From the NCBI GenBank assembly GCA_030264375.1, contig JASCQW010000137.1:30151465-30215464 (forward strand): a DNA stretch of 64,000 bases, read 5' to 3'. The stretch is from Carcharhinus longimanus (lineage: Eukaryota). The notes beneath the pieces are model-generated. The model had not been told where the DNA came from. It did no database searches and saw only the letters and a program-made list of their open reading frames with translations. Below are positions 47,851-60,000 of this stretch, piece after piece (the stretch's first letter is position 1; the number at the start of each line of letters is the position of its first letter). Made by a program: the position numbers and the translations under genes.

Positions 47851-48614
47851 TCCTTATTTAGTATTTATTGCAATGGAGAAAACCAGAAACTTAACTGTCA
47901 GTGCTTGTCTGGGGAAATCTCATGAAACTGTCATTGCTAGGTTTCTTAGCTGAATTGATTTGAAAAATATTTATATAAATGGAACCAATGTGCAAGTGAT
48001 CATTCTTACGTTGTGAATACAATACGCAAAGGAAACACAGATATTCTGAATCCACTAGGATTCATTTTTCTAAAGTTCTTAATCCTTTCCCTCCTCAGTT
48101 ACCAAAACCTTTTCTTCTCATGCATTTTATACCAAACAGATAGTTAATAAATTTCCTTATAGGGTAGAATTAGAAGAGCAGTTGTTCTATAATTACGCTG
48201 AAAAGCTCTAAGAAATTCCTGACCAAATTTTAAATTTTCAAATTGATACATGATCAAAATACACAGATAGGTGATTGGTATAAATGGCAGCCAGGCTGGA
48301 GACGTTCCCTTGTCGAGCCGCCACCGACCCAAGACAGAAAATGGCCTCAATGAAAGGACACCCGTGAGCAGCAGAGAGCCATTGGACGCTATGCACTTAC
48401 CTCCTCACTAACCCTTAGTGATGGAGTGCCCGAATTGGACTTTTGTAGAACATATTTGTTTTGCACCGATTCGGGATTGGCGAACAGAATGGTAAAGGGG
48501 AAAGTGTTAGTAAANNNNNNNNNNNNNNNNNNNNNNNNNNNNNNNNNNNNNNNNNNNNNNNNNNNNNNNNNNNNNNNNNNNNNNNNNNNNNNNNNNNNNN
48601 NNNNNNNNNNNNNN

Positions 48615-49050
48615 CGCTGGAGTCTAAATCATTGAATGTCTTCAAGAAGAAGACAATTATATTTCTAATAAAACAGGGATAAGGGGATATAGGGAGCAGG
48701 TGGGGAGGTGGATTTGAGACCAGGGGGAGATCAGCTATGATCTGATTGAATGGCGGAGCAGGCTCCAAGGGCCAAATTTGCTGACTTTTGCTCCTAATTC
48801 CTACGTTCCTATGTCATAGAGTCATTGAGGTTTACAGCATAGAAACAGGCCCTTCAGCCCAACTTGTCCATGCTGCCCAGTTTTAAGCTAGTCCCAATTG
48901 CCCGCATTTGGCCCATATCCCTGTATATAAATCTTACACATGTAACTATCTAAATGCTTTTTAAAAGACAAAATTGTACTAGTGCCTCTGGCAGCTCGTT
49001 CCAGGCACTCAGCACCCTCTGTGTGAAAGAATTTCCCGTCTGGACCCTTT
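48615..49050. mobile_element. Two CR1 3' ends, tail to tail (plus 48615-48813, minus 48814-49050)
   Basis: Both tail types visible; minus ORF ends ILSFKKHLDSYM. Confidence 0.85.
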
Positions 49051-49299
49051 TGCTTCTTTATGTTTAGGATCCTGTATTCAGCATCTGTTTTCACAGTGGA
49101 ATACATCATTTCTATAGCAGGAATAGAGGATAACCAATGGACTTACTCATAAGAGCAAGGAGCTCCAATAAGTTAATATCTGGAGAGGGAAGTATGAGAA
49201 TAAGTCGAGGGATTTAAACCATATACCATCGCCAAAACTTAAAGCTGACTTTAGTGCTCTGAAATAGATAGCTGCAGGTACAATAAATGTGCTGTTTTC

Positions 49300-49593
49300 A
49301 TTGGTGTCACAAGTAACCTTACATCAACACTGCAATTAAGTTACTGTGAAAATCCCCTAATCACCACACTTCAGCGCCTGTTCGGGTACACTGAGTGAGA
49401 ATTTAGCATGGCCAATGCCCCCTAATCGGAACACCTTCCCGACTGTGGGAGAAAACCGGAGCACCCGGAAGAAACCCACGCAGACACAGGGAGAACACAC
49501 AGACTCTGCACAGACAGTGACCCAAGCCGGGAATCGAACCCGGTCCCTGGCTCTGTGAAGCAGCAGTGCTGACCACTGTGCTACCGTGCCACC
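49300..49593 (-). mobile_element. HE1-type SINE tail B, young CpG-rich copy
   Basis: Intact B box (GGAATCGAACC on plus strand) and A box. Confidence 0.92.
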
Positions 49594-49611
49594 CAGTTCA
49601 ATACACCACTC

Positions 49612-49955
49612 AAAGAACAAAGAACATTATAGCACAGGAACAGGCCCTTCGGCCCTCCAAGCCTGCACCAAGCATGATGCCTGTATAAACTAAAACTGTA
49701 TGCACTTACAGAGTCAATATCCTTCCATTCCCATCCTATTCATGTATCCTTATAGGTGCCCCTTTTATGCCGCTATTGTACCTGCTCCCACCACCTCCCC
49801 CGGAAGCGCGTTCCAGACATTCACCATCTTTCGTGTAAAAAACTTGCCTGACACATCTCTGCTAAACTTTTCCCAATGCATCTTAAACCTATGTCCCCGA
49901 GTACTTGACTTTTCTACCCTAGAAAAGAGCGTCTGACTATCACTCTGTCCATGCC
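49612..49955 (-). mobile_element. CR1 3' end
   Basis: (AAAGAAC)n tail, ACAGGCCCTTCGGCCC, antisense TRGHRF and FFT.K.V..WN.LP motifs. Confidence 0.88.
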
Positions 49956-51738
49956 AGTCTTGGACAAGGTGTGGAGATGGTATTTATAAATCACTGCAGT
50001 CTGTACCAGGCTTAAACTCACATCATTGGTAGCATACTGAATCACACCCTCGCCATGTAGTCAAGTGAGTTAACCGCCCTATACAGTGCAGCCAGTCAAT
50101 GTCATTGATTTGAATTACAACAATCCCACAACGTGCAACACAGAGTTATCTTTACAAATACAAAAACACATTCAGGCCGGTTGGCTGTAACTTACAAATT
50201 ATTGCAAAGATTAGTGCCAGGACCTAGCTGTTTATGTTGTACGTCAATAAACTAACTGAAGATGCTGGGAGTAAGCTACCAGATTTCCAAAATGATTCAA
50301 AATTAGTTATGAATTGAAGCCATGGGGAGGATTGAAAGAGGCTGCAGAGAGATAGAGTCAAAATAACAGAATGGGGAACAAGTTGGCAGATGGATGAGTA
50401 AATTAAATTATTTAATTTTGTGATTATTTGTTTTGATTTGATTCGATTTGATTTATTATTGTCACATGTATTAGTATACAGTGAAAAATATTGTTTCTTG
50501 CACGCTATACAGACAAAGCATACTGTACATAAAGATGGAAAGGAGAGTGCAGAATGTAGTGTTACAGTCATAGAGAAAAATCAACTTAGGGATCAACTTC
50601 CTAAATCTCATTCCTCCCATCCCTCATCCCCTCACACTCAATACCAGTACATGCTCCCTCAGATAATCCGAGCCACCCTTATTTGGCATTTTGTAATTTT
50701 TTTTACTGCATTATGCTACTTTCTCCAATGGGACAACACGAACAAATATTCAAGGTTGTTCAATGCAAGGTTCAATTTCCATTTAAAGAACAGTTCTACC
50801 TGATGAATCATTGCATTAAAAACAAATCTGCATTACAACACAGCACTAATAGTGCTGAATTGTATTTTCAGGTGTGAAAACACTTTAAACCTACCTTTGT
50901 GATTGTTAGATTCCTCAGCAGCCTTCACTATCCCTCAAATGTAACATGCATCTAATGGATTCCCAAAACCCCACCCCACCAGATGAAAATGATATGCAGA
51001 AGGAAATCTGATCTTGGTCTTCCAGTTAAAATGGGTAACCAATGGGCCAGGAATCTGTTGTGCCTATTCCTGACCTGCAGAGAGACCAAAGGAAAATGGC
51101 GTCCTCCAAATAAAAACACATTTACTGACACCCCACATCCAGGTGAAAATTCAGCCTAAGTTTTCAGAAGGAATTTTGAGAAGAGAGGTGGGTTGAGAGG
51201 TGAGAAGGATTAGGGAGGGAATTGTAGATCTTAGGGCTGTGGAAGCTGAAGACTTGCTAACTCATGGTGGAGCTGAGAAACTAGGGATGTGCAAGAGGCC
51301 AGAATGAGAGGAGGGCTAACATCCTGGAGACATGTAGGGCTGAAGGAGCTTACACAGCTATTAACAGCTGAGTATTTTAAAATCAAGGTATTGCCAGTCC
51401 AGCAGGCAAAATAGGCCAGTGAGCACAGAGGTGAATGATGCGTGCCACAAATGTATCCTTCATATCAAGAAAGCAATTTTCTGCATGATTGTGCTCCAAT
51501 AAATTGTGTGACAACCTTCCAAGAATATGTTAAGCATAAACAGAAACACTTACAACTGTATTTGAATGTTTTAATTGAATAATGACATTTCAGAATGTGT
51601 TTATCAGATCAAGAACAAAAGAGCATGAAGCCAAACATTCAAAATTATTAGTTACATGGAATGGAGATCTTCAACTTCTTCCCAACAGATACCCTGGAGA
51701 ATTTTCTACCTGATCTACTGTTATCCTTTATGAGTGGG

Positions 51739-51973
51739 TGTAATGATTTCTATCAGGCCATTCAGGTTGGCCTATTGGAGTTTGAACCCCCTGATACAGG
51801 GTCCAATTATGGGCCAATCAAGGGGTCTTTGCTTTGCACTTGATTGGGAGTGACAGTTCCTCTGACACCCCCTGAGGCAGACTGTTTGCTGCTAGCACTC
51901 CGTGTACTACTGTTAGAGTTTGTAAATAAAGGGATTTTGGTGAAGGGGCTTCTGCCTCCATAGACTTATTACA
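51739..51973 (+). mobile_element. Short solo LTR (235 bp) with 5-bp TSD
   Basis: TGTAAT...ATTACA ends, AATAAA near 3' end, GTGGG on both sides (51734-51738, 51974-51978). Confidence 0.9.
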
Positions 51974-53939
51974 GTGGGCGGCTGGAGGCACTGAACAGAG
52001 AACTAGTACAGACATTGCAGAATATTTCCAATACAGCAACAGACCATTCAGCCCTACAGATCCTGGTCAGTCTTTACACTCCACACAAGCCTCCTCCCAT
52101 ATCACTCTATTGAGCTCCATCAATACGTTCTTTCCTTCCTTTCTCGCTCATGTGTTTTTCTAGTTTCTGCTTGAATGTGCCAGTTCTACTTGCCTTGGTA
52201 GTGATTTCTAAATTCTGACCATCCTCCATAGAATTAAGCTAATTCAATCCAATGAGAGAATAGATTATGTTTTCAGTAGTGATTACACAGATAGAGTGGG
52301 CAACTAGTCAGAGACATAATCAAGAAGTAAAACAAAAGTACACGTACAGAGAGAATGGAATTAATTTTGTATTTATTGTACCAATGTTATTGTGTTGCAG
52401 AGAAATTGATGCACCATCTATCTCCGAGTGAAAGGAAACTTGCTGCTTCTAAGGAGCTTCAACATCGTATCTTGAAACCTGATTGCTGCTTCCTTCCGTC
52501 TGAAGCTTTAAGTCCAAATATACACAATGAAGGAAAGTGCATTCGCGAGGATGGCACACGGAAGTATTAATTTTAAAACAAAGCCTGAATTTTTATTTGG
52601 CTTCGGATAAAACAAATCCTGCAGGTTAGAAACATTTGACATTCAAACCTGCCACTTTCTCAGTCCACAGGCAGATTTTCCCTTTATTTGAGCAGATTTC
52701 TTCATTATAATCCTTTTACAGAAACATGTTCATCCATAAAGAAAGTTCTGCTTTTCATGAGTAAGGGGAAAAAAGACAAATTAAATTCAAGTGGCTGTTG
52801 TGAACGCACAAAGGCAAGATTCCCCATTACCGAATAATGTTTACATAAGCTCTCTGTCTACACAAGAAGTGTACTAGGATATGAAATTGGTTTGGCCCAG
52901 TTTTCGGTCACCAAATATTTGCAACGATCCCTGCACTTGAAGGCGAACATCCAAGGATCACAAGAGATTTGTCCTTGGGCTTCATTGTAATAATAGCAGT
53001 GAACTGGGAGGGCACCAATCAAGTTTGCTCCTGCAATTTGCTGAACAAAGCCTGCCCAACTATGGTCTGTTTGAATGCTTAGCGACCTCTAGACAGCCCC
53101 AGGAAGTGGGGGTGGGGGGAGATAGGTGAACAGTAAGAGGTAAAACGGGCTTACACCAGGACACATTTTTTTTTCCCTGTTTGAGTGGGGAAAAGTAGTC
53201 CTGCCTCTCCTGGCTCCATATCAATATAAAGTTTAACTTTTTTTTCAAAAAGATCACTGCTTCTGCTACCGTAGAACTGGAGAAGAATTGGACCTTGCAC
53301 AGTGCATGTATAATGTTGCAGAAAAGTCCTGAGACAAGTTGCAACATAAAAATTACTTAATTTAAACACTACGGTCATAGTTTTGCTGCTCTGTGAAAAT
53401 AGTTAAGTTTTTATTTTAAAACATGAGATTTCCAGAGTAGTATTTCTTTTCAGCCTCAGTGCCATTGTCCATATTTGCAAACACAGTAGATACCATTCCC
53501 TCCCCCAACCTGTGAAGGACACTCTTCCACAGCCTATCCTTCATAACTTAACCAACATCCACATCTTCCCAAAGGCTGCTGACAATTTTGCTCTTCCCTT
53601 GAGAGTCAAAGTTAAACTCTGTACTCGCAGGGATGATGGTTTCCTAGAGTTCTGACCTCCCTTTCTGCTCCATTGGAACTCAATTAGATTCTGAAACTTT
53701 CTGCTGAAGTATCACCAAATCGAAGGATCCTTCCAGGATTTCCACCTCTCTACCTGAGGGATGTCAGACACAGACTCTGAACTTCTGATATGCTCCCAAG
53801 CATTAGCACCTTGTCCAAGGCTCTCAGACTGCACCTGCCCTCTGGTTGTCCATATTGTTCCCAGTCACAATTCAAATGTTTCCAATCCTCAGATATCAAT
53901 AACCCCAAGGCCCAACAGATTCCCTTTCCCCCTTACCTG

Positions 53940-54078
53940 AAGGTGGGTATAGAGGAATATGGGCCAAACATGGGGAATTGGGACTAGCTTAGTGGTTAAA
54001 GCAAAAAGGGCAGCATGGAAAAGTTGGGCTGAAGGGCCTGTTTCCACACTGTAAACCTCTATGACTCTATGACTCTAA
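53940..54078 (+). mobile_element. CR1 3' tail
   Basis: Matches 38780-38915; ends (GACTCTAT)n. Confidence 0.88.
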
Positions 54079-54234
54079 CCCAGGTTGCAGGGCCTGCCGG
54101 TTCACCCTAACTTTCTTACCCAGTACATGCTGGTTACTATTTTTTAGCCCACTCTGGAACGTAAAAAAGTGAAATTTTTGCAATTTAATACATTGATCAA
54201 GGCGAACATGACAGAGCGTCATAGAAGAACTCAA

Positions 54235-54553
54235 GAATCATTGATTTCCATGCAGTGCAGAGGAAGACTATTTGGCTCATTAAGCCTGCATCAACAACAA
54301 TCCCAGTAAAGCTCTATCCCCATAGCCCAACATGTTCACCCTGCTAGCCTCCTTGACACGAAGGGTAAATTTTTACATAGCCAATCAACGTAACCTGCAA
54401 ACCTTTGGAATGTGAGAGGAAACTGGAGTACCTGGAGGAAGCCCATGCAGACACAAGGAGAACATGCAGACTCCACATAGACAGTCACCCAAGGCTGGAA
54501 TTGAACCCAGGTCCCTGGAGCTATGAGGCAGCAGTACTAACCACTGTGCCACT
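54235..54553 (-). mobile_element. HE1 SINE type A
   Basis: Reverse complement of tail, V domain and head. Confidence 0.88.
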
Positions 54554-55469
54554 GAGTCGTCCCACAGAGAAAGGTAAAGGGTGATGGGTAAGGATAGAGT
54601 TCCACATAGAGTGAAGTGCGGGAGACAAGAGATACAGGTGAAAGAGAATAGTGAAAGCTGCAGAAAGGGAAAGGGAGAAAAAAACAAAGAAAACAACAGA
54701 TACTTAAAGTCGGTGAGAACTTGTGCAAGACAATTGCAGAATGTTTCCTTCATCCAAATGCGGTATATTATCTCAAATATAAATATTGTACTTCACACAC
54801 CCACATAATTTATACTGTTTCCATAAGGAAGTCAGAGTTAAGAGTGTTCTCATGGATTGCTTTTTTACATGTCGTTTCCCAGAATTTGAAGGAGGAAAAA
54901 TAAAACTAATTTCAACCTAACCCCTGTGACATATCTATAAATCACAGCAACATTTCCACAAGGGGTGTGATGGATAAAATTACCTTGTATGTAAAAGCAG
55001 TATTTTTCTTGCACTTTATAACAGTTCCTTTGTCCCAAAGCACACAGACATGTATAGAGGAGATAACATTGCGTAAAGTCAGTGCCTTGCATGTGTTTAA
55101 ATTATTCTTATTGCAATAGGCAGAAAAGCAAAAGTAAACTTATAATTTGCTGCAGGGTAATGATAACAGAGTGATTTTTATTCTAAAGACAAGAAAATGT
55201 CAGTTCTAGTGTTACGTTTGTTTTTTGCTGTAACTTTTATTCAAATATTCCTTTACTATTTTTAACAATACAAAAAATGTATGTGTTCGAACATTCAACC
55301 CACCCATTAAACCTCAATTAGTATCTTTAATATATATATTCCTGTCAAGAAATACCAATGATTGCATCTGTTATGATTTCAGCATTAATACATTTTTGAT
55401 TTATTTCTAATCTTCATTATCTTCAAAAAGAAGTAATCACAGTAACATGAATATTTTGGCATACCTATT

Positions 55470-55815
55470 TGTAAGGTCGCCTTAGTCCCAAGTGGCCATA
55501 GGTTGCTCTCCCCTTTGAAGGAGAGGGTTGAGTGGTGGTGATTTAAGCTAAGGATTGCCACACCTCAGGCGAGGGGCAAGGTTGAGAAACCTTGAGATTT
55601 TCTACTCGCGCTCGCCCCAATGCTGGAAATTTCTGTGCAAGGTCAACAGTTCTTTGTGTGGTCCATCTCCTGCCAGCTACGATTCACATGGCAGGTGGGA
55701 TGCGAAAATTTCACCCACGGGCCTTCATGAATAACCTTCGCCGATGTGGGAATTAAAATTGTGCTGTTGGTGTTGCTCTGCACCACTAACTAGCTGTCCA
55801 GCCAACTGAACTAAA
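55470..55815 (-). mobile_element. Different tRNA-derived SINE with a MITE-like insert (~55590-55720)
   Basis: Minus-strand head TTAGTTCAGTTGGCTGGACAGCTAGT (A-box-like); unrelated to HE1. Confidence 0.5.
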
Positions 55816-55819
55816 TTTA

Positions 55820-56280
55820 TCCCCACCAGTTGCACTCGCTCCACCATCAAAGTTTCTGCCCATTTCTCTGTTCTTTCCTCCCACAATTTTATATGTTCCA
55901 AGTGTTTACATAAATCAGCATTAAATGCTGTGATTGGAACAGCATCAATGGACACTTTCAAGAAAGTATTCCTCATCCGAAAAGCCCATTGTAGATTCCA
56001 CAGTTTGTATTTCCCTGTAACCAATTCACTAGCCAAAGACAATATAACCTTTCCTGGCCTACTCTCCCAAGATGTTTCATACTTTTTAAATAAGACCATT
56101 GGTTCTTCCTTAATTTTCTTTTTCCTGATGGCCACAAGTTTTCCCTTTAAAGCCGTCAGAACAATTAAGCCTTTGCTGCCAGGTATTATCACAGTGAATT
56201 TGTGTTGCATCTTTTCCATGACCAAATACCCAAAAACTACCAGCACTATAATTATAGCCCAACTAATGTTCTGCACTTTT
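55820..56280 (-). mobile_element. Old CR1 3' fragment
   Basis: Minus ORF EKMQHKFTVIIPGSKGL... resembles CR1 ERVQRRFTRMIPGLKGL. Confidence 0.6.
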
Positions 56281-56602
56281 TCTGTGTAATGGCTTTCATC
56301 TTGAAATAATTTATTTTTTAATGTTATATTTGTTTATAAGGCTGATTATTTGATTCAGTTTGTGAATTGTAGTTCATAGTTTGAACATCTGAATCCCTGA
56401 AGGCAAGTGGCATTAGCCAGACACAAATCTTTATTGCATACTGTGTGCCCACATAGTGTTAATAGACCTTTGATTTCCATCTGAACAAAAGAGAATTAAT
56501 TGCTGTGTTTTCATGTACAGTCGCTTAAGAGCATACGAAATACAAGCAGGTGCAGGCCATTCGGCCCCTCGAAGCTCTTACATAATTCAGTGAGATCATA
56601 AG

Positions 56603-56886
56603 TAGCATGGTGGCACAGTGGTTAGCACTGCTGAGGACCCGGGTTCAATTCCAGTCTTGGGTAACTGTGTGGAGTTTGCACATTTTCCCCGTGTCTGTGG
56701 GGGTTTCCTCTGGGTGGTCTGGTTTCCTCCCACAATCCAAAGATATGTGGGATAGTCTGACTGGTCATGCTAAGTTGCCCCTTGTTGTCAGGGGGACTAG
56801 CAAGGTAAATACATAGGATTACAAGGCTTATATGGGATTGTTGTCAGTGCAAGCTTGATGGGCCTTATGGCCTTCTCCTACACTGT
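56603..56886 (+). mobile_element. HE1 SINE type A
   Basis: Head, V domain, tail. Confidence 0.88.
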
Positions 56887-56887
56887 C

Positions 56888-57077
56888 GGGCGGGATCTTC
56901 CAGTGCCACATAAGGTGATCCTACACACCCCCTTCCTTCCTCCTCCTTCTCCCCCCCAGAACCACCTGGGAGTGTCACAAAGCATGATGCAGATATTGAC
57001 GGGGCTGGAAGATCCCATCGGGAGCCATCGGCTCCATCGTGGAACATGACAGAGGGGGTGCAGGAAAATCCTATCCC
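56888..57077. mobile_element. MITE-like non-autonomous DNA element
   Basis: Ends GGGCGGGATCTTCC / GGAAAATCCTATCCC are imperfect inverted repeats; similar termini at ~5060-5175, ~62900-63075, ~63530. Confidence 0.55.
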
Positions 57078-60000
57078 ATGACGCTTTTGGCCTTGATAGA
57101 AAGAACAGAAAGAGCAAAATTATTTCTGAAGATTGTTACAACTTCAGTTGCCAGTTTTTCTGAGCATATAATTCAAGTCTTAACACCAGCTGTCAAAACG
57201 TGATTTTTTTTTAAGTTGAGACTTCAGGTTAAATTTACTTTACTCAAAACAATGAAAATAAAACTACCTGCCTTGGACAACTGCTGTTTAATTAATATAA
57301 TTAGTTTTGTGTTAGAAACAGATCAAGACTTGAAGTGTGCTGTCTCAGTGGTGTCACGTAATTAGTGTAAAATGTTTATTATGGGTTGTAAATAACAGTG
57401 CTTACATTTGAATATAAATCCGCAGCATGCACGTTTCGTACAATGTGATGTTTTGAATACAAAAAATGGAGCGAATTGAATTTTTACAGTTTGTTTCTGA
57501 TTCAGAATGTGGTAGCATTAACTGAATGGATATAGGAAGAGAAAGCAAAATTCAAACCGTTAGCCAAAATATACATTATGCAAAAATATATTCAATATCA
57601 GTTCAATCCAAAGAACAAAAGCTATTGGTTACAATGATCAGGGAATAAATCAGGGAAATCTGACTGGCTTATAGCCATTTTGGGACTCCCCAGGTGATTC
57701 TGTGCCACCATCTACCATTCCTGTTCCCATAAAACTGAATTGGAAAATCCCTCCCCGCACAATCTTTTCAATAGCATATGGACAATGTTACAAATATGAC
57801 CTTGCCTGGATTTACTTTTTTTTGCTTAATGACAATTTTTTTCTAACTGTTTTGACCAGCCCTTCAAGCTTTCTTATTTATAATTGAAGTCCTTTCTTTT
57901 CCTTTTGTTTATTTTAAATGACTGCCTTTTTCCCCATATGTTCAAGTGGTGAAAACTATACTCCGTGTTTCTTTAAAGTGGGATAGTTTAATGGCATAAA
58001 TCAGATTGAGATGCATCTAAGGCAAGCCACCCTAGAAATGAACTTAGAGGGAATAAGATCAGAATAATTTAAAAGAGATATGAAGTGGAAAGAGAAAAAT
58101 ACTTCAATTATAGATAAAGAGAATTCGAGAGATTGATACTTAAAACAGAATGTAAATCAAAGTTGTCTCTGTTAATGTTGCCCATAAGATACTGAACTCT
58201 CTTGTTCCTCCAGACATTACTATACTAGTGTTCTTTGAGCCAGTTCTCATCCAAATATCTAATTTGCTTTACTGTCACTCCGTTCCTTATCTGTAACCTT
58301 ATCCGTCCTGACAATCACATCCAAAAGTTTTTGTGCTGTCCCATTTCTTGCCCTATTATTGATGATTATCTGCGGTTTCTGAAGTTACATCAGATGAATG
58401 AGAGAATTATCGCAGAATTTCACCACTCACCTTCTCTCTCCCTGCCACTCCCAATCCAGTTGTATGAGACATGTGTATGAGTGTGTAGTATTCTGAGATA
58501 GAGAGAGGAGCAACAGGAATGATCCTAAGTGAGCTATAAAGAAAGCTCAGAAAGTTAATACGCCACTGTCTGAAATAAGGTAATTAAAACGGGATTTCAT
58601 CAACATACATAGAAAATATCACAAAATCATTTCAAAATAGGAAAATAAGTAAGTAGGCAACATAAATTTAGGGGTGAAAATTGTTTAAAATTTAGAATTC
58701 CACTATTCAAAGATTGCTAAGTATTTGAAAGAATTTGACAGTTGTATGTTATAGAGGCAGAGATATCATTACAGAGGTATATACTTCATTGGAACCTTGA
58801 TATTGCTATTTTTTATGTGAACTTACCCAAGAAGATACCTAGAGAATGGAGCTGTTTGTGGTGATTCCAGCTTATTTTGGTTAACAGTTCATAGCATTGT
58901 AAGAATTGTGTACTTTTAGGCTGAAATAATTTAGATCCTTCTGAATCAATGGGAAAAGAGGTTGGGTCAAATCTGGGATGCATTCAAGCATGAACTGGAT
59001 TTTAAGTGCCACGCCAGATGTGTTTTCAGTAGGGGACATGTAAAATGGGAGAGGTGCCCACCCTATCACCTTCGCGCCTATCCGGGAGCTGCAATCAGCA
59101 GCCCCATCCACCATACTTAATAATCAACCATCTATTGACATGTCAATTGACCACGATAATATGCTGCCCATGCTGTAATCTGGTTGGCATGGGCAGTCAA
59201 GAGGGAATGAGCATGCCAGTTTTACTGAAAAACTTCTAAAAGGGTGGAAGAAAGGAGGGTGGTTTTAATTTTGTTGGGGGTGCCCTTTGCCTTTGTGCAT
59301 CAGAGAGCAGCACCTGTAAGATGGTATCCTCCCCTTTCTCCCTCCCACCTGCCCTCTAAAACTCACCATCTCCCTCCACCCAACCCCATCCTTAAGTTGG
59401 CCAAACCTTACTCTGGCATCCATTAGGCTTTTTTCTGGGGACTGTGTACCCTTCCAAAAGTGCCCATCAATAAGACCTTGGTAGTGCCAGTACTGCTGGA
59501 GCTGCTGGCCAATCAGAATGGTTGGCAGCTCCCCAGGATGGGCATTCCTATCCAGTGAGGGACAGAAATCCCACTATCAGGCCCTCCGCCCTCCACCCCC
59601 GTCTCACCTGCCCATAGCCCCATACCTTACTACGGAGTAATGCCCCTTGTGAATCTATTGAAATATTATTTGAAACATGTTCAGGTCGGATCTCCAGAGC
59701 AGTTTATGCAAGTTACTTCACTGCATTGTTTTAATATAAAGAGAACATAGAAGGTCTCATTCATATTCTCCTCAAGTCATATGAACCCATACATGCCTAT
59801 ATGGTAACCAGCATGCAGACAAGCTCTCATTTACACATGACACTCAGGCATGCAGTGCAGCATAAGCTTAAACATGAAAAAAATGCGCCATCATTTAAAA
59901 AGAGGTTCATTTCCCTTTTAACTTTCGACAAAACTTTAAACAGGTCATTTCAAGGAAGGAAAATGCAAAGCAAAGAATTCTGAAAGCATACCAATCATAA

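Noticed and set aside
197-56886. tRNA genes or a CRISPR-like array from the recurring repeats
   Set aside because: These are dispersed SINE heads with A/B boxes and no cloverleaf; no regular repeat-spacer array and the DNA is eukaryotic
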